A stretch of DNA of 64,000 nucleotides. Source: an uncultured Chloroflexia bacterium. Lineage in GTDB: Bacteria; Chloroflexota; Dehalococcoidia; DSTF01; JACRBR01. The stretch lies in the NCBI GenBank assembly GCA_963843685.1, contig CAWJLO010000005.1:790-64789 (forward strand), in the 5' to 3' direction. Position 1 is the first letter of the stretch. The number at the start of each line of letters is the position of its first letter. Under the pieces are notes generated by a model, which saw only the letters and a list, made by a program, of their open reading frames with translations, was not told the origin of the DNA and did no database searches. A program made the position numbers and the translations under genes. Positions 17,567 to 28,737 of this stretch are shown here, piece after piece.

Positions 17567-18825
17567 TCGTCGATTCAACCCACGTCCACGAGGCCACGCC
17601 GTCGCTCGCCGCGGACATCGCGCGCTGCGTGCACTGTGGTTTCTGCCTGCAGGCGTGCCCGACCTACCTTGAGCTCGGCATGGAGACGGACTCCCCGCGC
17701 GGCCGCATCGCCCTCATTGATGCGATGACGTCCGGGCGGGCGGAGCCGTCCCCCTCCTTGCTCGGCCACCTCGACCTCTGCCTCCAGTGCCGCGCGTGCG
17801 AGACGGCGTGCCCCTCCGGCGTCGCATACGGCCGGATCATGGAGACGGCGCGCGCGACGGTTTTGGAGAGCCCCGCCCGGCCGACGTCCTGGCGCCTGCG
17901 TGCGCTCCTGTTGCGGGCCGTGCTGCCGCATCGGTCGCGTGTCGGCGCGCTGATGGGCGCCCTGCGCCTGTACCAGCGTTCGCCGTTGCCCATGCTGGCC
18001 CGCCGCGTGCCTGCGCTCCGCGGGGCCGACGCGTCGCTGCCCCGGCTCCCGCACGCGTCGTTCCGCCCACCGGAGCAGCCCGCCGGGCTTACGCGCTCCG
18101 TCGCGATGCTGACGGGCTGCGTGATGGGCCAGATGTACCCGCGCAGCCACGCCGCGACCGTCCGCGTCTTGAACCGGCTCGGATATCGCGTGCTCTTCCC
18201 GGAGGGCGAGACGTGCTGCGGCGCACTCAGTTTGCACGCGGGCGACCGCCGCTTTGCGCGAAAGCTCGCCCGGCGGAACGTCGACGCGTTCCTCGCCGCA
18301 GGGGTTGAGGCGATCATCGTCGACTCCGCCGGCTGCGGCTCCACGATGAAAGAGTACGGCGAACTGCTGGCGTCGGACCGGACGTACGCAGAGCGCGCTG
18401 AGCATTTCGCCGCGATGACGAAGGACGTGCTCGAGTTCGTCGCCGAGCACGATCTCGGCGCGTTGGGCGCCGTCCCTCGCTCCGTCACCTATCAGGACTC
18501 GTGTCATCTCGTGCACGCCCAGAAGGTCGCGCGGGCGCCGCGGGTGATCCTCTCGGCCATCCCGGGGCTGGAGCTGCGAGAGATGACCGCCCCTGACCGA
18601 TGCTGCGGCAGCGCCGGCCTCTACAGCTTCGTCCAGCGCGACATGTCCGCCCGGCTGCTCGACAGCAAGATGGACGACGTGCTGGCGACCGGCGCATCCA
18701 CCGTGGCCACCGCGAACCCTGGCTGCATGTCGCAGCTCGAGGCCGGCCTGCGCCTGCGCAACGCCCGGGGCTCCGTCGTCCACGTCATCGAGCTGCTTGA
18801 TGAGGCGATGCGCGCCGGCGTGTGA
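17563..18825 (+). CDS. glcF: glycolate oxidase iron-sulfur subunit GlcF
   Basis: A GTG start overlaps the glcE stop with GGGAGG upstream. Two 4Fe-4S motifs (CVHCGFCLQACP, CLQCRACETACP) and a CCG domain are present. Confidence 0.8.
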   Translation: MIVDSTHVHEATPSLAADIARCVHCGFCLQACPTYLELGMETDSPRGRIALIDAMTSGRAEPSPSLLGHLDLCLQCRACETACPSGVAYGRIMETARATVLESPARPTSWRLRALLLRAVLPHRSRVGALMGALRLYQRSPLPMLARRVPALRGADASLPRLPHASFRPPEQPAGLTRSVAMLTGCVMGQMYPRSHAATVRVLNRLGYRVLFPEGETCCGALSLHAGDRRFARKLARRNVDAFLAAGVEAIIVDSAGCGSTMKEYGELLASDRTYAERAEHFAAMTKDVLEFVAEHDLGALGAVPRSVTYQDSCHLVHAQKVARAPRVILSAIPGLELREMTAPDRCCGSAGLYSFVQRDMSARLLDSKMDDVLATGASTVATANPGCMSQLEAGLRLRNARGSVVHVIELLDEAMRAGV

Positions 18826-18840
18826 GCGGCGCGTCTTCCC

Positions 18841-20457
18841 TCACCGAAGCGCGGCGACGGCCTCCAGCACGCGCTCGACGCTCTGTCGCACCGGCGCCGC
18901 CCCGTCAACGTGCACCAGCCGATCCGGCTGCGCCTCGTCCGGCTGCTCGAATCGCTCCCGCTGCGCCACGTACGTGTCCCAGCGCGCGTCCGACGCCCCC
19001 GCCGGTTCCTCCGCCCGCTGCACCATGCGTCGCCGCACGGTCTCTTCGTCGGCTGCGACGTGCACGACCAGCGCTCGCGCCTTCGTTTCGTCCGCCACGC
19101 GCAGCGCCGCGGTGCGGTCGACGGCCCGCGCGTACGTCGCGTCCAGCACCACGGGCAGCCCGGCGCGCAGATATCGCGACGCCCGGGCGTGCATCGCCCC
19201 ATACACGCGTTCGCGCGATTCCTCGGTGTAGATGCCTTCGCCGTACGCCTCGCCGCCGCCTCGGACGTTCGATTCGCCGAGGAGCCGCCGGCGCGTCGCG
19301 TCCGACCGGACGAACGCCGCCCCGAGCCGCGACGCCACCGCCGCGCCCACGTAACTCTTGCCCGAACCCGAGAGCCCGCACATGAGTACGAGGATACGGC
19401 CGTGCGGCGCCGCTGTGTACCTGCCGGAAAGCGCGAAGTACGCGCGCGCCCGCTCGACGGCGGCAGCCCGCTCAGATTCCGGTACCTCCGGCTCGTCCAC
19501 CTCCATGCTCTCGACCTTGCCGCGCACGTACGCGCGGTACGCGCGGTAGAAGTCGAGCACGCAGGGCAGCGTCTCGTCGTCCACGGCGTCCAGATACGCG
19601 CTCATCAGCTCGTCCGCGAGGTCTTCGCGCCCCCGGAAGTCCAGGTCCATCGCCAGGAAGCCGATGTCGCCCGCAACGTCCCCATAGCGGATGCGGTCGT
19701 TGAACTCGATGCAGTCCATCACGCAGATGCCGCCGTCCGGACGGATCACGATCGAGTCGCTGCGCAGGTCGCCGTGGCAGTCGCGCACGCGGCCTGTCGC
19801 CGCCCGCTCTTCGATCAGCGCCGCCCGGTCGAGAAGAAACCGGGCGACGTAGCCGCGCACGCGGTTCTGCTGGTCGCGCGTGATCGTCCTGCCGACGAAC
19901 GCCGCCGTCTGCTCGAAGTTCTCATCCCAGTTAGCGCGCAGTGCTTCCGGCGAACCGAAGCGCGCGATCCGCTCATCGGAGGCCGAAGTCGCGTGGAACG
20001 ACGCCAGCACAGCCGCAATACGACGGATATCGGCCGCCGTGACGGTCCCCCGCCGAAGCATCGCCGGCATCATCTCCTCCGGAGGCATACGGCGCATCTT
20101 CACCGCGTACTCGATCGCTTCGCCATCGCCGCCGACGCGATACCCACGCTCGGCGCGCACGATCTGCTCCACTCCCAGATACGCCTCCGGGCAGAGCCTC
20201 CGATTGAGGCGGACCTCCTCCTCGCACATCAGCCGGCGCCTGTCGAGCGTGCTGTAATCGAGAAAGTGGAGATCGAGCGGCTTCTTGATCTTGTAGGCGT
20301 ACGCGCCGGCCAGCACGACGTAGGAGATATGCGTTTGAATGAGCTGGATGTCGCCGGCTTCGTGCGGGTAGGCGTTCGGTAGGAGCAGCGACTGGATCAG
20401 CTCTGGCAGCGGAGCGCTCACGCGTGCAGTCTGCGGTGCCCGCCGCCGCCCCGTCAA
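18841..20457 (-). CDS. bifunctional protein: aminoglycoside-phosphotransferase-like (APH) kinase domain fused to a P-loop AAA/zeta-toxin-like kinase domain
   Basis: The N-terminal half has an APH/choline-kinase fold (HGDLRSDSIVIRPD...D). The C-terminal half has a Walker A (LMCGLSGSGKS). It resembles the Rv2004c-type conserved actinobacterial/Terrabacteria protein. Confidence 0.7.
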   Translation of the reverse strand: MTGRRRAPQTARVSAPLPELIQSLLLPNAYPHEAGDIQLIQTHISYVVLAGAYAYKIKKPLDLHFLDYSTLDRRRLMCEEEVRLNRRLCPEAYLGVEQIVRAERGYRVGGDGEAIEYAVKMRRMPPEEMMPAMLRRGTVTAADIRRIAAVLASFHATSASDERIARFGSPEALRANWDENFEQTAAFVGRTITRDQQNRVRGYVARFLLDRAALIEERAATGRVRDCHGDLRSDSIVIRPDGGICVMDCIEFNDRIRYGDVAGDIGFLAMDLDFRGREDLADELMSAYLDAVDDETLPCVLDFYRAYRAYVRGKVESMEVDEPEVPESERAAAVERARAYFALSGRYTAAPHGRILVLMCGLSGSGKSYVGAAVASRLGAAFVRSDATRRRLLGESNVRGGGEAYGEGIYTEESRERVYGAMHARASRYLRAGLPVVLDATYARAVDRTAALRVADETKARALVVHVAADEETVRRRMVQRAEEPAGASDARWDTYVAQRERFEQPDEAQPDRLVHVDGAAPVRQSVERVLEAVAALR

Positions 20458-20466
20458 ACGGACCGT

Positions 20467-21474
20467 TCAGCCCGCCGACGGTCCCAGGACGCGCCGCACG
20501 AGGTCCGCGAGCGGCTCCTCCGGCCTCGCGCCGACGTGGCTGATCACTTCTGCCGCCGCGATGCCCCCGATACGGCCGCACGTCGCCAGCGGCAGCCCGC
20601 GCGTCAGCCCGAACAAGAACCCCGCCGCGTACGCATCCCCCGCACCGGTCGAGTCGACGACGTGCGCCACAGCCTCCGCGTCGATCACGTGCAGTTCGTC
20701 ATCGCCCGCGACGATGACAGAGCCCTTCTCGCTCCTCGTCAGCGCGGCGATCTCGCACTTCGTGCGCACGTGCTGCAGCGCCTCGTCGAAGGTGCGCGAC
20801 TGGTACAGCGACATGATCTCGTGCTCGTTGGCGAACAGGACGTCGACGTGGTGCTCCACGAGGTCCAGGAACTCCTCGCGGTGCCGTTCCACGCAGAACG
20901 GGTCGGACAGCGAGATCGACACACGGCGCCCGGCGGCGTGTGCAAGGCGCGCCGCCTTCAGAAAGGCCTGCTTCGCGCCCGGCGGGTCCCACAGGTAGCC
21001 CTCCATGTACGTGACCGACGACGCGGCGATCACCTCCGCATCGACGTCATCGGGCTGCAACTCGCTCCCCGCGCCGAGGAACGTCTGCATCGTGCGCTGT
21101 GCGTCTCCGGTCACGAAGATGAGGCAGCGGCCCGTCGGCGTGCCCCCGGTCGCTGCAGGCACGTCGAACGCCACGCCCGCCGCGCGGATGTCGTGCCGGA
21201 ACACCTGCCCGAGCTGGTCGTCGTTCACCTTGCCGATGTAGGCCCCGCGCCCGCCAAGCGACGCCAGCGCGGCCATCGTGTTTCCCGCGGACCCCCCCGA
21301 TACCTCCACCGCCGGCGGCATGCCCGCGTACAGCTCCTCCGCCCGCGCCGCGTCGATCAGCGTCATCGCGCCCTTCGTCAGCCCGTTGGCCGGAAGGAAG
21401 GCCTCGTCGGCGTGCGCGATGACGTCGACCATCGCGTTTCCCATCCCCACCACGTCGAAGGTCGTGCCGCTCAT
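20467..21474 (-). CDS. PfkB-family carbohydrate/adenosine kinase
   Basis: GMGNAMVDV...DSTGAGDAYAAGFLFG (PfkB signature 2). Confidence 0.75.
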   Translation of the reverse strand: MSGTTFDVVGMGNAMVDVIAHADEAFLPANGLTKGAMTLIDAARAEELYAGMPPAVEVSGGSAGNTMAALASLGGRGAYIGKVNDDQLGQVFRHDIRAAGVAFDVPAATGGTPTGRCLIFVTGDAQRTMQTFLGAGSELQPDDVDAEVIAASSVTYMEGYLWDPPGAKQAFLKAARLAHAAGRRVSISLSDPFCVERHREEFLDLVEHHVDVLFANEHEIMSLYQSRTFDEALQHVRTKCEIAALTRSEKGSVIVAGDDELHVIDAEAVAHVVDSTGAGDAYAAGFLFGLTRGLPLATCGRIGGIAAAEVISHVGARPEEPLADLVRRVLGPSAG

Positions 21475-21661
21475 CCGCTGCTCCTCGCGCTCGTGCCCGC
21501 GCCGCAAGGTGAATACCGGGTGTCCCGGGCCGTGTCAACGCGGCGTCGTGGTTATGTCTTGTACCGACCGCCGGGGATCTGGAGCCCGGAAGATGTGACG
21601 GAGTCAACGGTTCTGCTACTATCCCGCAAACGAGGGCAACACCGTGAGGAGGCATATCCCC

Positions 21662-22579
21662 GTGCGCAAAGTCCCACTCCTGATCGTAGCGCTGGTTGCG
21701 CTGCTTGGCGTCGTTGCCGTGGCCTGTGGCGGCGGCAGCAAGAAGACCATTAACATTCCGGGCGTCGGAAACGTGTCGACCAGCAACAAGCTGCCGTCGG
21801 ACTTCCCCAGCGACTTCCCGACGTACAAGGGCGCCGACGTGCAGGCGAGCACCACCGGCACGTACAACGGCATCTCCGGGCTCTACGTCGTCTGGCAGAC
21901 AGGCGACAGCGTCGACAAGGTGAAGTCGTACTTCGACGACCAGTTCAAGAGCAGCGCGTGGAAGTCGACCACTACCGCGACCACCAACGGGACCTCGTAC
22001 TGGATCGTCACGAGCCCCGACGGCAAGAAGGAAGGCTACGTCAGCGTCTCGGACGTAAGTGGCAAGACCTCGATCTCGGCCGCCATCGGCGACAGCACCA
22101 GCGGGTCCGATAACAGTTCTGACAACTCGGGCTCCTCCTCCCAGGACACACCGACATCGAGCGACAGTGGCAGCTCGAGTTCCGACAACAGCGGCGATAA
22201 CAGCTCCAGCTCCGCGAATCTGCCGGACGAAGTGAGTCTTGACTCTAACTTCCCGAAGGACCGAGTGCCGTTTCCGGACAACACGCGCGTTACGAGTTCG
22301 TCGTCATACAGCAGCAGCGGCGAGACGAACTACATCGTCGAGATCTACGTGAAGGACTCCGCTTCGAACGTCAACGACTACTTCAAGAACGAGCTGCCGA
22401 AGCACAACTGGACGAACGCGTTCACTTCGAACTCGAACGGCTCTTACCTTCAGACGTACGGTGGTGCCACCCCGTCTGACCCGTCGCAGCAGGGGGAGAC
22501 GTTGAACCTCACGATCCAGGACTCCGATGTGTCTGGCTACGTGGACGTCACTATCCTCGTCTCCGTCGCCGGCTCGTAG
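21662..22579 (+). CDS. secreted lipoprotein with Ser/Asp/Gly-rich low-complexity linkers
   Basis: GAGGAGG lies 9 nt before the GTG start. A signal peptide with a LVAVAC lipobox is followed by long SSDNSGSSS tracts. Confidence 0.55.
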   Translation: MRKVPLLIVALVALLGVVAVACGGGSKKTINIPGVGNVSTSNKLPSDFPSDFPTYKGADVQASTTGTYNGISGLYVVWQTGDSVDKVKSYFDDQFKSSAWKSTTTATTNGTSYWIVTSPDGKKEGYVSVSDVSGKTSISAAIGDSTSGSDNSSDNSGSSSQDTPTSSDSGSSSSDNSGDNSSSSANLPDEVSLDSNFPKDRVPFPDNTRVTSSSSYSSSGETNYIVEIYVKDSASNVNDYFKNELPKHNWTNAFTSNSNGSYLQTYGGATPSDPSQQGETLNLTIQDSDVSGYVDVTILVSVAGS

Positions 22580-22599
22580 CAGCCGCCTCGCGCGATCGC

Positions 22600-22642
22600 G
22601 ACGAAGCCCCGGCCCGCTAGGCCGGGGCTTCGTCTTGTGCTT
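22600..22642 (+). terminator. intrinsic terminator: 15-bp perfect stem (GACGAAGCCCCGGCC/GGCCGGGGCTTCGTC) plus a T-rich tail
   Basis: Seen directly, 20 bp after the lipoprotein stop. Confidence 0.65.
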
Positions 22643-22684
22643 CAATTCGAGCGACATCACAGTCGATAGGCCCGAGGTCGAACA

Positions 22685-23934
22685 ATGATCTCCGTCGAAG
22701 AGGCGCTCGAGCGCATCCTCGCCTACGTCAGCCTCTTGGAACCGGTCGAGCAGCCCCTGCTCGAGGCGCTGGGCCAGGTCGTCGCTGACGACGTTATCTC
22801 GGACATCGACATTCCCCCGCTTGGACAACACGTCGATGGACGGCTACGCCGTGCGCGCGGCCGACACCTCCGGCGCATCGTCCGAGCGGCCCGTCTCGCT
22901 GAACGTGACGGGCGAGCTGGCCGCCGGATACGTGTTCGAAGGCACGGTGCGAGCCCGGCGCCGCCGTCCGCATCATGACGGGCGCCCCCATGCCGGCGGG
23001 CGCCGACGCCGTCGTCCCGTTCGAGGAGACCGACGAGCCGCAGGGACGCGCCTTTGGCTCCTTCGCCAAGTCCCGCTCGTCCGTCGGTGTGCTGAAGGGC
23101 GCATCGCCCGGCGCGAACGTCCGCAACCGCGGCGAGGACGTGCGGCGCGGCCAGGTCGTCCTCTCGAAGGGCGCCGTGCTCCATCCGCCGCAGCTCGGCG
23201 TCCTCGCGTCGCTGGGCATGGCGACCGTCCGCGTCTACCGCCGCCCCACGATCGCCATCCTCTCCACCGGCGACGAGGTGCAGCAGCCCGGCACGCCGCT
23301 CCGTCCCGGCCAGATCTACGACAGCAACGCCTACAGCATCGCCGCGATGGTCCAGGAGGCCGGCGGCGTGCCGAAACTCCTCGGCATCGCGACGGACACC
23401 GTCGAAGCGCTCACGGCAAAGCTGCGCCAGGGCCTCGACTGCGACATGCTCGTCACGTCCGCCGGCGTTTCGCGCGGCGACTACGACGTCGTCAAGGACG
23501 TCCTGGCGAAGGAGGGCGAAGTCGCGTTCTGGACCGTGCGCATGCGGCCGGGGAAGCCGCTCGCGTTCGGCGCGTTCCCGTCAGGCGACCGCCGCGTGCC
23601 GCACATCGGCCTGCCCGGCAACCCCGTCAGCTCCATGGTCTCGTTCGAGCTGTTCGGCCGCCCGGCGATCTTCAAGATGCTCGGCCGCACCGACTGGCAG
23701 CGGCCCGTTGTGCGCGCCGTCGCCGAGGAGCCGATCACGAACCCCGACGCCCGCCGGGTGTACGCCCGCGCCATCGTCACGAAGCGCGACGGCCGCTACT
23801 ACGCCTCGCTCACCGGGCCGCAGGGATCGGGCATCCTCACGTCGATGGCGCTGGCCAACGCGCTCGCGATCGTGCCGGAGGACGTACCCGTCGTCGAAGC
23901 AGGCCAGGAGGTCGACGCGATCCTGCTCGACTAG
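22685..23934 (+). pseudogene. moeA: molybdopterin molybdenumtransferase MoeA, interrupted by two +1 single-base insertions (about 22820 and about 22950)
   Basis: The three reading frames carry consecutive MoeA segments: MISVEEALERILAYV...DIDIPP, then DNTSMDGYAVRAADTSGAS...YVFEGTV, then EPGAAVRIMTGAPMPAGADAVV... through the C-terminus. Confidence 0.6.
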
Positions 23935-23936
23935 CG

Positions 23937-24245
23937 TCACATTTCGACGCTGAAGCGCGCGAAGCCCTGGCTCGCCTCGCTGTACTCGCAGTCGACGTCT
24001 TCCACCTTCGCGAACCGGGGCCCTTCACGGACAACCGCGACCAGCGCGTCGATGGCCGCGTCTTCGCCCTCGGCGACGAACTCCACGCCGCGGCCGTCGT
24101 CGCTGTTGCGCACCCAGCCGGTGATGCCGCGCGCCGTCGCTTCCTGGCGCACGAAGTCACGAAACCCGACGCCCTGCACGCGCCCGGTCACCGTCGCCTG
24201 CACCCTCTTCGTCGGCAGACCTCCCGTCGCTCGGCCCTCCCGCAT
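23937..24245 (-). CDS. acyP: acylphosphatase
   Basis: [18 protein letters not shown]...[18 protein letters not shown], intact. Confidence 0.75.
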   Translation of the reverse strand: MREGRATGGLPTKRVQATVTGRVQGVGFRDFVRQEATARGITGWVRNSDDGRGVEFVAEGEDAAIDALVAVVREGPRFAKVEDVDCEYSEASQGFARFSVEM

Positions 24246-24321
24246 AGTCTATCGTCGCGCCGATGGCAGCATACGTGCAACCGCCCGCTTCGGGACGCGC
24301 GGCCCGTGCTATCCTCCAGCG

Positions 24322-25265
24322 ATGCGCGTCGTCTTCATGGGCTCGCCCGAATTCGCCCTTCCCTCGTTACGACAACTGATCGCCCACGGACACGACGTCG
24401 TCGGTGTGTTCACGCAGCCCGACCGCCCGTCGCGGCCGCGGCCGCAAGCCCGCACCGCCTCCGGTGAAGATGCTGGCGCTTGAGCAAGGGCTGCCGGTGT
24501 TCCAGCCCGCCTCGGTCAGCAAGCCGGAGTCCGTCGAGCAGCTACGCCAGCTAGCGCCGGACGTCGGCGTCATCGCCGCATACGGGCAGATCCTGCGGCA
24601 GCGGGTGCTCGACGTGCCGCCGCTGGGCGTGTTGAACGTCCACGCGTCGCTGCTGCCCCGCTGGCGGGGCGCTGCGCCGATCCCGGCGGCGATCCTGGCT
24701 GGCGACGCCGTCACCGGCGCCACCATCATGCAGGTGCGCCTCGCGCTCGACGCCGGCCCGATGCTGGCGCGCGTGGAGGTGCCCATCGGCGCCGACGACA
24801 CGACCGCGACGCTGACGCCGCGCATCGCCGAGGCCGGCGCCGAGCTGCTCGCCGACGTGCTGCCGAAGTGGGCGGCCGGCCAGATCGTCGCGGAGGAGCA
24901 GGACTGACGCCCTCGCGACTTACGCGCCCCAGATCGAAAAGTCAGCGGCTCTCATCGACTGGGCGTCCGACACAACGGAGATCGTGTGCCGCAAGGTGCG
25001 CGCCTACGACCCGTGGCCGGTGGCGTATACGCTCGTCGACGGGCAGCCGCTGCGCGTCCTCGCGTGCGCGCATGCCTCGGAAGCCGGCGACGCGGCGCCG
25101 GGTACGGTCTTCCTTCGCGATGGAGCGCTGTGCGTCGCCACGGTCGGACGGGGCGGTGGCGATCTGACGCGGGTGCAGGGGCCAGGCGGCAAGCCGATGT
25201 CCGGCGCGGAGTACGCGCGCGGCCACGCCGCTGTCATCGGGCGGAAACTGGTCGGCGGGGGCTGA
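24322..25265 (+). pseudogene. fmt: methionyl-tRNA formyltransferase Fmt, interrupted by two +1 single-base insertions (about 24431 and 24905)
   Basis: Frame a reads [37 protein letters not shown]. Frame b reads [25 protein letters not shown]...KWAAGQIVAEEQD. Frame c reads DALATYAPQIEKSAALIDW...VRAYDPWPVAYTL...VQGPGGKPMSGAEYARG. Together these give a complete Fmt. Confidence 0.6.
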
Positions 25266-25577
25266 TGGCCGCGCTGCGGCGGCGAATGGGCGAACAGACA
25301 TCGCGATCGATAGACCTCGCGCGGCGAGAGTGCTAAACGGCGTTGTTTTCATCCTGCGGGCGTACGATCGCGCTCGTCGGCGCCTGTGCGTTGCCGGGGA
25401 TGATTGACTGGTTACATCGTGGCGGATCGTGCTGCGACACTAACAGCGTGCCCGACGGATCTCCGAGCGATTGGTGTCACGGCGGACGGTGCTGGGCGAC
25501 GCCCCATGGCGTCTGCTACGCTCCCCCCACGCTCGGGCGCGCCCTCTGTGGGTACAGAGCGTGAGAGGCGAAGTAGC

Positions 25578-26312
25578 GTGGGATCGGGGAAGGTTCTCAA
25601 ATCCGTGTCGCTGACGTCCGCGAGACTCTGCACCGTGGCGTTGGCGGCTCTTGCCCTGCCCCTGCTCGCGTCGTGCAACTCGTCGTCCGGCGGGGCGGGG
25701 ACGGCGACGAGCGTCGCGATGGCCACGGCACCCGCGTCGGCCAGCGGTGACGCTGCGCTTGCCGAGACCATGCTGATGGTGAAGGACGACCTGCCGTTCG
25801 ACTGGCACGCCGCTCCCCATCCCACCAATAACGATGAGGCGACCCTGTCAGCGGCCTGCGGCCGGACTTCGGCGCCGGGCATCACGGCGCGCGCCACGAG
25901 CGTCGAATACCTGTTCGACGGTCAGTCGCCCGGCATCATGGAGGTACTCAGCATGTTCGACTCTGAGGCCGACGCGCGAGCCAGTGTCGACGGAGCGACG
26001 GCGTTCATCGACTGCGCGATCACCCAGATCAACGGCGGCGCCATCGATACCGCCGAACAGCGCTACTCCGGCGCCATGAGCAGCCCCGTCGCGGTCGCGA
26101 GTGGTGGCCAAGGATCAGCCGCGTTCGAGATCTCGGCGACGGTCTCGTTCACCTCGTCCAGCGGCCGGGCCACGGCGGCGTACACGTTCGTGTTCGGCTC
26201 AAAAGGGCGTGTGGAGTACGAGATCTTCGTGCGTGGGAGCGGCGAAGCGTTCGATCCGGACGAGCTCTCCGACTACGTGCAGACGGCCACGAGCCACATC
26301 TCGCTGCAGTAA
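25578..26312 (+). CDS. lipoprotein of unknown function
   Basis: A GTG start has a purine-rich RBS upstream. Signal peptide ...LPLLASC is followed by a Ser/Gly linker. Confidence 0.5.
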   Translation: MGSGKVLKSVSLTSARLCTVALAALALPLLASCNSSSGGAGTATSVAMATAPASASGDAALAETMLMVKDDLPFDWHAAPHPTNNDEATLSAACGRTSAPGITARATSVEYLFDGQSPGIMEVLSMFDSEADARASVDGATAFIDCAITQINGGAIDTAEQRYSGAMSSPVAVASGGQGSAAFEISATVSFTSSSGRATAAYTFVFGSKGRVEYEIFVRGSGEAFDPDELSDYVQTATSHISLQ

Positions 26313-26333
26313 CGAGAGCTTGAGCCCGTTACG

Positions 26334-28229
26334 CTATCCCCCCGCGCGGGCGACGTCCGCCGGCGCCACGACCCGCAGCGGGATCGTGTCGGCGTAGCGG
26401 TCCTCGATCACGATGTCGCCGTCCGCCACGTCGCGGCAGGCGTCGCAGCGGATGCACTTCGCGTCGTCGATCGACCAGGAGCCGGGGCCGCCGACGATGG
26501 CCTGCGTCGGGCAGATCTCGGCCGCGCCGGAGATGTGGTCGCGCTGGCTGACGACCCGGTATCGGATGAGGTCGGGGCAGACCTTCGCCGGGCAGCGGTG
26601 CTCCAGCGCGTGGGCGTCGTACTCCTCGCGGAAGAACTGCAGCGTGTTGTTGATCAGCACCGGCGAGAGCTGGCCGTGGAAGCAGTTGGAGTTCTGCATC
26701 GACGCCGCCAGCGACTTTATGTGGTCGACGTCGCTCGCTTCGCCCTGGCCGCGGGCCGCGCGGTTCAGGATCTCCAGCATGCGCTGGTTGCCGATGCGGC
26801 ACGTCGTGCAGCGCGCGCAGGACTCGTCCTCGACGAACCACGACGTCATCACGTTGACGTCGACGACGCACGACGTGTCGTCCAGGAAGACGATGCCGCC
26901 GCCGCCCATGCCGGCGCCGAGCGGGCGGAACGGCTCCGGCTCCAGCGATATGTCGGCCGCGACGCTCGCCGGCAGCATGCCCGAGAGCGGGCCGCCCTGC
27001 TGCATGGCCTTCCACTGCCGCCCGCCCGCGATGCCGCCGACGGTCTTCAGCAGGTCCTGCACCTTCGTCCCGAACGGCACTTCGACGCATCCCGTCCGGG
27101 CGACCCTACCCGAAACGGTAAACATCTTCGTGCCCAGGTTCATGTCCGTGCCGACGGTGTTGTACTGGTCCCGGCCCACGCGCATGAGCGTCGTGACGCA
27201 GGCGTAGGTCTCCACGTTGTTGACGTTCGTCGGCTTCGCCAGCACGCCGCTCTGCGCCGGGAACGGCGGCTTGATGCGCGGCTGGCCGCGCTCGTCGTTC
27301 ACCGACGAGATGAGGCCCGTCTCGTCGCCGCAGACGTAGGCGCCGGCGCCGCGCACTACCTCCGCATCGAAGTTGACGCCGGTGCCGAGCGCGTTCTCGC
27401 CGAGGATCCCTCTCTCGCGGCATTGCTCGAGCGCGCGGTTGACGCGGTCGTTGGCCAGCGGGTACTCGTCGCGGAGGTAGATCCAGCCGTGCGTGGCGCC
27501 GCTGGCGTGCGCGCCGAGCAGCAGGCCCTCGATGAGCATGTGAGGGTCGCTCTCCATGACGACGCGGTTCACCCAGGCGCCCGGGTCGCCCTCGTCGGCG
27601 TTGCACACCAGGTACTTCGGCTCGGCGTTGGCGGTGCGCAGGAAGTCCCACTTGGTGCCGGTCGAGAAGAAGGAGCCGGAGTGGCCGCGCAGCGTCGAGC
27701 CCTTGACGAGGTCGATCAGCTCCAGCGGCGTCATCTTCGTTGCCTCGAAGAAGTGCGAGTAGCCGCCGCGTGCGATGTAGTGGTCGATGTTCTCCGGGTC
27801 GATGACGCCGCAGTTGTGCATGAGCCAGCGCGTCTGCCCCGCCATCCACTCGATGCTGTCGAGGGCAGGCACGCCGTCCGCGCTGACCGGAGACGGTGCC
27901 GATGGCGAACTCCGTCGCTACGCCCGCCAGCGCCGCCTTCGCGAACGCCTCAGCCTTGTCCGGCGTGACGTGGCCATAGAGGACCGACTGCCCACCCGGC
28001 TTCGTCACCTGCACGACGGGCTCGGCCCACGACATGCCGGTGTCGCCGGTCTGCATCACGTCGAAGCCGGCGCTCTCGCCGAGCTTGCGCAGCGCAGCCA
28101 GCGTCTCGTCGGCATGCGACGCGAGCGACGACGTGTTGATGGAGACGATGAACAGCGGCCGCGACGGCTGCTCGACGGCCTTCCAGGCGGCGTCGGCGGC
28201 TGCGCGCAGCTCCTCGTACGACGGCATCA
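26334..28229 (-). pseudogene. nuoF: NuoF-like NADH-binding flavoprotein (51-kDa subunit homolog with thioredoxin-like N-domain and C-terminal 2x[4Fe-4S] ferredoxin domain), interrupted by a -1 frameshift at about 27885
   Basis: The N-terminal 115 aa (MPSYEELRAAADAAWKAV...EFAIGTVS) are in one frame. The remainder (ADGVPALDSIEWMAGQTRWLMHNCGVIDPENIDHYIARGGY..., an SLBB domain, CxxCxxCxxxC) is in the -1 frame. The ATG overlaps the nuoE stop (TGATG). Confidence 0.6.
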
Positions 28230-28705
28230 GGCCTTCTCCTTCAGGTCGCGGGCGAAGCGGACGGTGTCCGCCGCCGTGAGGGGGCCGACGACCTTGCCGT
28301 CGAGCCAGACCTGCGGCGCGTGCTCGCACGTTCCGTTGCACTGCGCCAGGACCATGCCGACCTTATCGCCCTCGGTGTTCTGGCCCATGCCGATGCCGAG
28401 CTCCGCCTCGAGGATCTTGCGGACGTGCTCGCCGCCCTTGAGCCGGCAGGCAGGGCCGCTGCACCAGCCGATGAGCGTCTTCGGCGGCGGCGTCAGGCGG
28501 AACTCGCTGTAGAACGTGACAGCGCCGTAGACACGCGCCTCGCTGAGCCGCAGCTGCCGCGCGACGACGGACATCGACATCTTCGGGATGTAGCCGTAGC
28601 GGTGCTGGACGCGGTGGAGCGCGGCGAGCAGGTCGCCGTCACCGGGCTTGAGGTCGCGGATCAGGTGCTGGATCTCGAGCGTGGCTTCGTTGTCGAGAGG
28701 CATGC
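28227..28705 (-). CDS. nuoE: NuoE-like 2Fe-2S thioredoxin-fold subunit (24-kDa subunit homolog)
   Basis: MPLDNEATLEIQHLIRDLKPGDGDLLAALHRVQHRYGYIP...CSGPACRLKGGEH...CNGTCEHAP. CAGGAG lies 12 nt upstream. Confidence 0.8.
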
Positions 28706-28737
28706 CGGCGGGCGCTCCTGATTGTGCGCCGCATTCA

